This document shows, in pieces, positions 19,137 through 28,400 of a stretch of 64,000 bases of DNA. Numbering within the stretch: position 1 is the first letter of the stretch; each line of letters opens with the position of its first letter. The stretch comes from an uncultured bacterium (GTDB lineage: Bacteria > Auribacterota > Erginobacteria > Erginobacterales > Erginobacteraceae): positions 1 to 64,000 of the forward strand of contig CAWGIE010000036.1 of NCBI GenBank assembly GCA_963822585.1. The letters run 5' to 3'. The notes under the pieces are model-generated. The model did not search any database. It worked only from the letters and a program-made list of their open reading frames with translations, and had not been told where the DNA came from. The translations under genes were made by a program, and so were the position numbers.

Positions 19137-21695
19137 TTACCAGGCAACCGGTACAGAGTCGCCCCTCCCCAGTATTTCCGGGTCAGACCGCGGACCGCCC
19201 AGAGACCGGTCGAGGGACGATAGATGGTGATCCGCTCGTTCCGACCCGTCATAATCGGCCGGCTGCGGAAAATGATCCCGGGCGCCGAAGTACACCCGTG
19301 TCCCCCCGTCGATCGCCCAGAGTCCGGAACCCACCCGGAAGATGCCGATCTGGTCTATCCCATCTCCGCTATAATCAGCCGGGACCGGGTAGTCTCCGAC
19401 GATCCCATAATAATGGCGGGTCAGCCCGCGGAGGGCCCAGAGGCCCCACGAAGGACGGTAAATACCGATCCGGGCCCCTGGTCCGCCGTCATAATAGCCC
19501 GGTATGGGCAGATCCCGAAGTCCTCCGAAATAGGTTCTGGTTTGACCGCGAATCGCCCAGAGCCCGGTCGGGCGGCGAAAAATGCCGATATCGGTATCAC
19601 CATCTCCATCGTAATCAGCCGGCACCGGCGTGTCGCCATCGGCCCCGAAGTAAACGCGGCTTACTCCTCTGATCACCCAGAGGCCGGTCTCGGGCCGGAA
19701 GATCGTCACATCGGTGATCCCATCGCCGTCGTAATCTCCGGCGGCCGGTAAATCGCTGCCCCGTCCGAAGTAGATCGCTTCGCTCTCATCATCGGGACAG
19801 AACCAAAACGACCATTTCCCCTCCCCGCACTTCCAGGTGGTCATATCAGCAATCCCATCACCCCGGAAGTCATTTCCGTCCTGGACCAGCCAGGTGAAAA
19901 CCATGGCCTCGCCGCCAGCGGTGACATCAAAAAAATCCGGCAGATCGTGGCCGCAACTATCGGTGGGGTTGCCGGTGGCCGTAGCTGTATTGCGGCGCAT
20001 GGCAACCCGTTCACAGGGGTAGGAAAGTTCGGCGCTCTCAGTGGGAGCAAGGGGCCCGGGGATGGTCCCAATCAGGACATCATCACCGGAATCGTCGGGG
20101 GTCCCGTTATCATCCCAGACCTCGATCTCAGAGATATAGTAATCGCCTCTATTCGACACCAGATAGTAATAGGAGGGATCGGCGCAGCACTGGATAATGG
20201 CAGCCGTTCCCTCCGGGAGGCCGTCCACGGTTTCGGTCAACTCGATCGCGGGATCCAGCGGGGCCAGTTCCAGTTTGCTGACAACGGCATTGGCATCGCC
20301 CCGGTTCTTCGGCTGATAGGGATTAACGGTCGGAAAATCCCGGGACCATGAATATCCCGTCACATAGGCGACCCCCGCCGAATCGACGGCAAGCGCCCGC
20401 CCGTAATCGGCTCCACTCCCTCCCAGGTAACTGGAAAATTCGAGCGCGGAACCGGTGCTGGAAAGCCCGGCAATAAAAATGTCCGGATCAACTCCGGCGA
20501 GGCTCGATTGATACGGGTTGACGGTAGGAAAATCCGGAGACTCGGTGCGGCCGGCCAGGTAAGCGGAACCGGCGGAGGAAAGTGCGATACCATAGGCGCG
20601 GTCATAGCCGCTCCCCCCCAGATAGGTTGAGTAGAGCGCCGATGATCCGTCCGCCGAGAGGGCGAAGGCGACACTATCGGAATCCCCGCCGCTGTATTCC
20701 GGCTGATAGGGATTGAGGGTAGGGAAATCAGAGGAGAGAGTGTATCCGGCCAGAAACATTTGATCGCATGAATCAAGGACGATACCACGGATCCCGTCGA
20801 TATCACTCCCCCCGAAGTAGGTGGAATAGATGAGCGCCGAGCCGGAGGATGACAGAGTGGCAACGGCGATGTCCCAGGAGTCTTCCCGGCTGGACTGATA
20901 GGGATTGACGGTGGGAAAATTATCGGACAAGGTCTCCGCCGCCAGATAGGCTTGGTTTGAAGTGCTGATGGCGACGGACCACGCGTAATCGCCGGCGGAT
21001 CCTCCCAGGTAGGTCGAATAGAGGAGTGTCGAACCTGAAGACTCCAGGGCGGTGATAAAGGCATCGTAATTGCCTGAAGCGTAGACCGCCTGGTAGGGGT
21101 TTTCCGTCGGAAAGTCAGCGGAAGAGGTGTAGCCGGCCACGAAGGCTCGATCGGTCACGTCCAGGGAGATCCCCTCGCCGTAATCGTCTCCGGCCCCCCC
21201 CAGATAGCTCGAATAGACAAGGGAGGAACCAGAAGAGGAGAGACAGACCACCACCGCATCGTTCCCTCCCCCCAACGCCGCCTGATACGGGTTCTCGGTT
21301 GGAAAATCCGGTGAAGAGGTGTACCCGGTCAGATAGACTCGGGCCGTCGTGTCCAGAACGATCCCTCTCCCGGTATCATCCCCGCTTCCCCCGAGGTAGG
21401 TTGAATAGAGAAGGGCCGAACCCGAAGAATCCAGACAGGAGATAAAGATATCGGAGATGCCCCCTCCATAGACGTTCTGGCAGGGATGCAGCTCCGGAAA
21501 ATCGGACGAGGCGACATCCCCGGTCAAATACACCCGCTTCTCCGCGTCCAGGGTAACGCTGAACCCTTTATCGTTGCCGGTACTGCTCCCTCCCAGGTAG
21601 GTTGAGTACCGGAGGTGCAGGGTGTCCGCCCGCGATACGCCGGGGATGAGAGCCGCCGTTGCTATCAGGAATATAAATGTTTTTACCGCCTTCAT
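19137..21695 (-). CDS. secreted SBBP beta-propeller protein with DUF11-like domain and FG-GAP-like C-terminal repeats
   Basis: Signal peptide MKAVK...; about 7 YSTYLGG..D...YLTGYT.S.DFPT.NPYQ repeats; GDYDGDG tail. Compensating indels in the last ~110 nt. Confidence 0.88.
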   Translation of the reverse strand: MKAVKTFIFLIATAALIPGVSRADTLHLRYSTYLGGSSTGNDKGFSVTLDAEKRVYLTGDVASSDFPELHPCQNVYGGGISDIFISCLDSSGSALLYSTYLGGSGDDTGRGIVLDTTARVYLTGYTSSPDFPTENPYQAALGGGNDAVVVCLSSSGSSLVYSSYLGGAGDDYGEGISLDVTDRAFVAGYTSSADFPTENPYQAVYASGNYDAFITALESSGSTLLYSTYLGGSAGDYAWSVAISTSNQAYLAAETLSDNFPTVNPYQSSREDSWDIAVATLSSSGSALIYSTYFGGSDIDGIRGIVLDSCDQMFLAGYTLSSDFPTLNPYQPEYSGGDSDSVAFALSADGSSALYSTYLGGSGYDRAYGIALSSAGSAYLAGRTESPDFPTVNPYQSSLAGVDPDIFIAGLSSTGSALEFSSYLGGSGADYGRALAVDSAGVAYVTGYSWSRDFPTVNPYQPKNRGDANAVVSKLELAPLDPAIELTETVDGLPEGTAAIIQCCADPSYYYLVSNRGDYYISEIEVWDDNGTPDDSGDDVLIGTIPGPLAPTESAELSYPCERVAMRRNTATATGNPTDSCGHDLPDFFDVTAGGEAMVFTWLVQDGNDFRGDGIADMTTWKCGEGKWSFWFCPDDESEAIYFGRGSDLPAAGDYDGDGITDVTIFRPETGLWVIRGVSRVYFGADGDTPVPADYDGDGDTDIGIFRRPTGLWAIRGQTRTYFGGLRDLPIPGYYDGGPGARIGIYRPSWGLWALRGLTRHYYGIVGDYPVPADYSGDGIDQIGIFRVGSGLWAIDGGTRVYFGARDHFPQPADYDGSERADHHLSSLDRSLGGPRSDPEILGRGDSVPVAW

Positions 21696-21787
21696 TGCCT
21701 CTTCCTCCTTCCATACATTATTCAGCATAAATACAACGATCGAAATCCCGATCAACCAGCCAATACTTTCATCCGTTATAGCATTAC

Positions 21788-21803
21788 AGCAATTTACATG
21801 CCA
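21788..21803 (-). promoter_or_regulatory. sigma54 -24/-12 promoter
   Basis: TGGCATGTAAATTGCT about 90 nt upstream of the SBBP gene start. Confidence 0.75.
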
Positions 21804-22019
21804 AAAAGGGAGCGAAGAGGGAATATTTTCCTAACTTTATAGTAGTTAAGGAGTTAAATAACCACCCTTCCTGCGTGTTTGTGTCGCAGTTACATTCCCC
21901 CGCGACACTGCCCGAACACATTCACATTCATGAAGGGGATTTTCCGTTGGAGTATATTACCCGGGCGGACCCGATCAACGGAGACGGGGGTACGCCCGGC
22001 CGGAATAAACTCCGCTTCC

Positions 22020-22277
22020 CCCGACTTGATCGAGAGGATGCCCTTCTCTTTGAATTCCCTGTTACGTATCCGCGATCGTTCCCGGGGAAACTCCCCGGCA
22101 GGCGGCATTGATAATGCAAACCCGAGAGGGACACACGATGAAGTCGAGGGCACTGCGGGGGAGACAATAATTCCAGGAGTCGACCATCACCGGGAAGAAA
22201 GGCATCAGGCGGTTGATCACCGGGATGATCTCTCCGGCTTGCGGGACCGGCAGTACCGATTCCTCAATGAAGCCGTT
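22020..22277 (-). pseudogene. internally deleted pncA remnant
   Basis: 22185-22277 matches the pncA 5' end (15930-16020); 22026-22060 resembles its 3' end (EFKEKGILSI vs EFRKKGIRLI). Confidence 0.7.
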
Positions 22278-22346
22278 CGGGACAGCAACCGCCGGCAGGG
22301 TGGATTTTTTCTTTTCTCTCTTACTTGCCCGCTGCCCGGTTCGGTT

Positions 22347-22595
22347 CTACGTGGTCGGGGGAGCGGTATAGAGTCCACAGCCGCAGAAGAAGCTCTGGGC
22401 GCAGGAAAAATCTTCGCTGCAGGTAAACACCCCCCCCTGCCCGCACTCATAGTCATCGGCGCAGGCGAAGAGATCGCAGTCGTAGGCATTGGGATTGCTG
22501 AAAGCCCCACAGCCGCCCTTGATCACGGGATCGCATTTCTGACTGAAGGAACCGACCACTCCCTGGGCAATCTTTTCGATATCCTGTGGACGCAT
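22347..22595 (-). CDS. 82-aa Cys-rich RiPP-precursor-like peptide
   Basis: AAGGA RBS, 9 Cys, six (F/Y)-x-C motifs, GG before the core, no signal peptide. Confidence 0.75.
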   Translation of the reverse strand: MRPQDIEKIAQGVVGSFSQKCDPVIKGGCGAFSNPNAYDCDLFACADDYECGQGGVFTCSEDFSCAQSFFCGCGLYTAPPTT

Positions 22596-22715
22596 GATAG
22601 ATATTCCTTTTGAACTAATGGTGCTCTGTCATTTTGCGGATAAAGGTTAGTTATAAATACTATCTGGCTTATAAAATTTCAAATCCCGAATAACAATACC
22701 AAACAAATCATACAT

Positions 22716-24056
22716 TTACCAGGTAACCGGCACGGCATTGGGTCCGCCCCAGTACTTCCTGGTCAGACCGCGGACCGCCCAGAGACCGGACGACGGGCGG
22801 TAGATGGTGATCCGGTCGAATCCTTCCCCGGCATAGTCTGCCGGCTGCGGATAATCATTCCAGGCCCCGAAGTACACCCGTGTCCCGCCTTCGATGGCCC
22901 AGATGCCGGGTTGGCTCCGGAAGATGCCGATCTCCCGGATCCCGTCGCCGCTGTAATCGGCGGGGACCGGGTAGTCTCCCGCGAGCCCGAAATAGCGGCG
23001 GGTCACGTCCCGGATCACCCAGAGACCGGAGGCGGGCCGGAAGATGCCGATCCTCGCCTGATAGCTCGAGTCATATATACCCGGAATCGGAATATCAAGC
23101 AGACCGCCGAAATAGGTCCGGGAGACGGACCGGATCGCCCAGAGACCGGTCGCGCGGCGGAAGATGCCGGCATCGGTGCAGCCGTCGCCGTCATAGTCTC
23201 CCGGGACCGGGAGATCGGAGTTGCCCCCGAAATAGAACCGGGAGACGCCCCTGATCGCCCAGAGCCTGGTGTCGGGACGGTAGACCGTAACATCGGTGGT
23301 TCCGTCGCCGTCGTAATCGCCGGCGGCGGGGAGGTCTCCGCCCTGGCCGAAATAGAGCACCTCGCTCTCGTCATAAGGGCAGAGCTGGATGAACCACTTC
23401 CCTTCCCCGCACTTCCAGGTGAGCATGTCGCTTCTCCCGTCGCCGTTGTAGTCATTTCCGTCCTCTACGAGCCAGGTGTAGCTGAGGGCGGTGTCACTGT
23501 CGGAGACATCGGGCAGACCGGGGATATCGTTCCCGGCGCTGTCGGTGGGGTTCCCGGTGGCGACGGCCGTATTGAGACGGACGGCATTCCGGTCGAAGAT
23601 GTAATCCAGCCCGGCGTTCCCGGCGGGAGGAAGCGGTCCGGGGATGGTCCCGATCAGGATGTCATCGCCGGGGTCTCCGGGGGTCCCGCCGTCGTCGCGG
23701 ACCTCGATATCAGAGAGGTAGGTATCGCCGATGTTCGTCACCTGGTAATAGTATGACGGATCGGCACAGGGCTCCCCGATGTGCACCGTCCCGTCCGGGG
23801 CTCCTTCCACCGTCTTCACCAGCTGGATGGCGGGATTGAGAGGAGTTACCGAAGCGGTGGGGGTTGGGGTGACAGAAGGCGTCGGGGTCACGGACGGGGT
23901 CGGAGTCATGGATGGGGTCGGGGTCACGCTCGGTGTCGGGGTGACGGAGGGCGTCGGGGTGGGAGTAGGAGTGGGCGTGGTCGGCCTTGGCCAGATCCTA
24001 TGGCAGAAGCGCAAAGTCGCCGTCGAGTACGTTGTAAGTGCTTCCGTCGAGGCCAA
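22716..24056 (-). CDS. TP linker + DUF11-like + FG-GAP-like module, probably the C-terminus of the giant protein
   Basis: No signal peptide or credible start; close paralogue of 19137-20250; ends PVTW. Confidence 0.75.
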   Translation of the reverse strand: MASTEALTTYSTATLRFCHRIWPRPTTPTPTPTPTPSVTPTPSVTPTPSMTPTPSVTPTPSVTPTPTASVTPLNPAIQLVKTVEGAPDGTVHIGEPCADPSYYYQVTNIGDTYLSDIEVRDDGGTPGDPGDDILIGTIPGPLPPAGNAGLDYIFDRNAVRLNTAVATGNPTDSAGNDIPGLPDVSDSDTALSYTWLVEDGNDYNGDGRSDMLTWKCGEGKWFIQLCPYDESEVLYFGQGGDLPAAGDYDGDGTTDVTVYRPDTRLWAIRGVSRFYFGGNSDLPVPGDYDGDGCTDAGIFRRATGLWAIRSVSRTYFGGLLDIPIPGIYDSSYQARIGIFRPASGLWVIRDVTRRYFGLAGDYPVPADYSGDGIREIGIFRSQPGIWAIEGGTRVYFGAWNDYPQPADYAGEGFDRITIYRPSSGLWAVRGLTRKYWGGPNAVPVTW

Positions 24057-25441
24057 TATAGTAGTAGGTGTCGATGAAACCCCGCTTAGGTCGGCGGGCA
24101 GGATAGACGCTAGATGACCGAACCACCCCAGGTAGGTGGAGAAGAAGAGCGTGTCCGGGGTGGAGAAACGGGTGAGGAAGATGTCCCTGGGGCCGCCGGG
24201 CAGTGTCGCCTGATAGGGATTCAGAATCGGGAAATCGAGAGATTCGTCGTAGGGTCAGGATGAGATAGTAGTAGACGTCAAGGATAACTCCCCATCCCAC
24301 ATCGAGATCGCTCCCGCCGAGATAGGCGATGAGAGAGACCGCCGCACTGGCTGAAGATGGAGACAAACGCTCGGACCGCCACCGGCGAAATGGAGCGGAT
24401 AGGTATTCTGGTTCCAGAAGCGGATAGCGGTTCACGCTATCGTAAATAAAGCCATACAGGTCGGTGACTGGCATGGCGCTTCGGCCCGGGTCACTTCCCA
24501 GCGCCAGCCAGGTGGGTCGAATAAACAAGATCGGTACGGAAGAGAAGGCTGCTCTGAAGCACAGCGATATCAGGCCTGTAGGCCTTCCAGGTCGGCAATA
24601 TCAATGACTGGGCGTTCGCGCAGATAGGCGGTTCCGGCGGTGTACAGGGCCATACTCCATGCCTAGTCGTCGCGCCCCCTCCAGGTAGGTCGAGAAGTCA
24701 AGCGCTCTGGCGATGCTGAACCGGAGAGAACCGCGTGTTTGAAATAGACACCGGCGGTGCGGTTGGATGTCGGATAGGTGTTGAGGACCGGGAAGTCGAT
24801 GGAGTGCGTCGACAAGGCCAGGTAGAAGGTCCCGTCGGCGGCGATCACCACATTGGTCAGCATGTCGGTGCCGTTCCCGCCCAGGAGGCTGGAACTGCGG
24901 AGTTCCAATCCGGTGCTTGCCTGATTGAAGGAGCAGAAGAAGGAGTCGAATGTCCGGCCCGCGAAGGTGGCCTGGTAGGGGTCAAGGAGCGGGAAATCGG
25001 TGGAGTCCGTGCACGCCGCAACGTGGATCGTCCCGTCGGAGCTCAGGTCGATGCCCCAGCCGGTCTCCAGCCCGCTGCCGCGGAAGTAGCTGGAAAAGAG
25101 GAGGGAGGCGCCCGATGAGGCGATCCCGGTGATGAAACCGTCGGCTGATCCGGAGAGAGCCGGCTGATAAACGTTCGCTGTCGGGAAATAGGTCGAGTAG
25201 GTCATACAGGTCAGGATGGCGTTGCTCGAACCATCGGCAACGATCCTCCTGCCGTATTCGATGCCAGAGCCAGCCAGATAAGTGGAAAAATCCATTTCCA
25301 GCAGGCAGATCGAGGTCCTCCGAGGTCGGGGTCAATATCGAGGTTGGCGTTACGCTCGCAATGACGTCACGGTGGGGGTAGGAGTCACGCTCGGCGTAGG
25401 GGTGACGCTGGGCGTGGGGGTGAATTCACCGAAGGGTGGGG
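24057..25441 (-). pseudogene. broken SBBP-repeat segment (decay or low-quality consensus)
   Basis: FSTYLAG..DFP..YQ repeats in 24663-25295 and scattered over other frames. Confidence 0.6.
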
Positions 25442-28400
25442 TCATGGAGGGTGGGTGATGATGGGGTGGGTGAGGAGGGTGGGGTGATGGAGGTGTGGGG
25501 ACGACGGGGTCGGCGTCACCGAAGGTGTGGGGGTCACACTCGGGGTCGGGGTTACCGAGGGCGTAGGTGTCACCGACGGAGTGGGCGTAACACTTGGTGT
25601 CGGTGTGACCGAAGGCGTCGGGGTCACGGAAGGAGTCGGCGTCACGGATGGGGTGGGTGTCACACTCGGTGTCGGGGTGACGGAGGGGGTCGGCGTGACG
25701 GAAGGCGTCGGTGTTACGGACGGTGTCGGCGTGGGTGTCACGGAAGGCGTCGGCGTCACGGAAGGCGTCGGCGTCACGGACGGCGTCGGCGTCACGGAAG
25801 GCGTCGGTGTCAGGGAAGGTGTCGGCGTCACGGAAGGCGTCGGCGTCACACTCGGCGTCGGGGTAACGGATGGGGTCGGCGTCACGCTCGGCGTCGGCGT
25901 CACGCTCGGGGTCGGCGTCACCGACGGTGTCGGCGTCACGGACGGCGTCGGAGTGGGGGTCACGCTCGGCGTCGGCGTCACGGACGGCGTCGGCGTCACG
26001 GACGGCGTGGGCGTCACGGAAGGCGTCGGCGTCACGCTGGGTGTCGGGGTGGGGGTCACGCTCGGCGTCGGCGTCACCGACGGTGTCGGGGTCACGGAAG
26101 GCGTGGGGGTCACGGACGGTGTCGGGGTCGGCGTCACGCTCGGCGTCGGCGTCACCGACGGTGTCGGGGTCACGGAAGGCGTGGGGGTCACGGACGGGGT
26201 CGGGGTCGGGGTCACGGAAGGTGTCGGTGTCACGGAAGGAGTCGGTGTCACGGATGGGGTCGGCGTCACGCTCGGCGTCGGGGTCGGGGTCGGAGTTGCC
26301 AGGACGCCGGCCGGCGCGGCTGTTTCATCCTCGTAATCATTATCCTCGCCGGGGTCGCCGTCGTCTCCGGTCCGCTGGTAGGCATCCGGATTGTAGGGCG
26401 AAACCTGGCCGGGGTCGCCGGAGAGGGAGGTCCACTCCACACCGGCCGTGTTGAAGATGATGTCGTAGGGGGCGGCGGTACCGTTGATGGAGAGATCGAA
26501 GCTGAGCTGGACCGGGTTGGTCTGGACATAGAAAAGCGCGATATCGGGCCAGGAGATGGAGAGATCGGGAAGAGAACCCGTGTCCGCCGAGAAAGCAGGG
26601 CCGCTGATAGCCGTGAGATTGTTCTCCCAGTTGAACTTGTCCGGGATAACGTCTTCCAGTTCCACGTCGAAAGCGGCGGCCCGGGAGCTGCCGGTGTGAT
26701 AGACCGAGAGGGTCACCGTCAGGGTATCGCCGATCACACCGCTCTGGGGCGAGAACTCCTTCATCACCTCCAGGTCGGGTTCCAGGACCTCGGTATCGGG
26801 GGCGGTGACGCTGTTGAAGCCGGTGTCATAGGTGAGGTCAACCTGGTTATCAAGCAGTGTCCCGTCCTGGTTGCCGAAAACATTGGTCACGCAGACGGTA
26901 TAGTCGATCGTTATGGTGTCGCCGGTCGGACCGGGAGGATTGGTAATAGTCCCCAGGTTCCAGGTGACGGTCCCGCCCTGGCCGGTGATGACCGGGGCGG
27001 TACTCCCGCTGAAGGTGATGGCGGGATCGTATACGAAGCTCTCCAGTGAGACAAAGGCCAATCCGGGATCGAGATTATCTTCGAGGACCGCGGAGGCCGT
27101 TATCCCCTCGGGCAGTGCCACCGTGACCTGATAGGGGAAGGTCTCCCCGATCACCGCGTCGCCGTCGCCGAGCAGAAGCTTGACAAGGGAGATGTCGTCC
27201 ACGGTGATCTGTTTACTGTCGTCATCGGTGTAGTCGTTCCATTCGCCGCCGGCATCGGGATCGCCCGAGCGCTCGAATGAATTATTGTTGTAGGGGGAGA
27301 CCTGTTCGGTCCCGATCGTCCAGCTGGTCCACTGGAGATCGACCGTGTCCGGGAAGATCTGGTTCGGTTCCACCCAGTCTTCCAGGGTGACGTCGAAGGT
27401 GAAGTACACCGGATCGACGGACGTGTAATAGAGGTCGATCGAATCCCAGCTGAAGATCACCTCGGGCAGCCCGCTGGTGTCCCAGGAGAAGCTGGCCGGA
27501 CCGGACCACTGCTGGACGTTGTCCGACCAGATCAGGCCGTCCGTCACCACTTCGGCAAGGAAGACGTCGTAGGCGATGGCGGTGCTCTCGGTGGCGTGAT
27601 TGAACGTCACGGTCACGGTCACCGTGTCGCCGGCATCCCCGGTCTGGGAGGAGAGGGTCTTGGCGACGGAAAGCTTTGGTTCGAGAACCTCGGTATCGGA
27701 GGCGGTGGAGAAGTCCGCTCCCCCGTCATAGGTGAGGTCAACCCGGTTGTTGAGCAGGACGCCGTTCAGGTTGCCGAAGGTATTTAAAATGACCACGTCA
27801 TAAACGATGGTGACGATGTCCGATGACCCACCGGCCGGGTTGACGACCGTGCCCAGGGTCCAGGTCACGGTGCCCCCGTCATTGGTGATCACCGGGGCGG
27901 TCAAGCCGGTGAAGGAGATAGCGGGATCGATGGTGAAGCTCTCCGGGGAGACGAAGGCGAGGCCGGGATCAAGGACATCCTCCAGCTCGACCCCGGTCAT
28001 GGTCCCCTCGTTGAGAGTCAGGTCCACCCGGTACTGGAAGGTCTCCCCGATCACGCCGTCCCCGTCGCCGAGCAGGCTCTTGACGACGGCAAGGCTGTCG
28101 TCGACGGTCACGTCGGCGTCGTCGGAGTCAAGGTAGTTGTTGCAGCCGCTGCCGCTGCCGTCGCGTTCATGCGGGTCGCTGCCGGGGAGACTGGTCCAGT
28201 CCAGATCTCCGGTGTTGGTGATGATCTGATTGGGAGTAACGGTGTCGTTCAGGGTGACGTCGAAGCTGAACTGGGACGTTGCCCCCACGGCGATGGTCTG
28301 CCAGGTGAAGGTCACGGAGGGGAGACTGCTGGTATCCGCCGTGAAGGCGGGACCGGAGATGGGGGTGATGTTGTCCGCCCAGGTCATGTCCCCGGGGATG

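Noticed and set aside
19137..23830. Diversity-generating retroelement TR/VR pair
   Set aside because: Both copies are coding paralogues with differences not confined to adenines; no reverse transcriptase in the window.
25436..27049. Long plus-strand ORFs (Arg/His/Gly-rich, VGVT repeats)
   Set aside because: Antisense shadows of the TPTPSV coding repeat.
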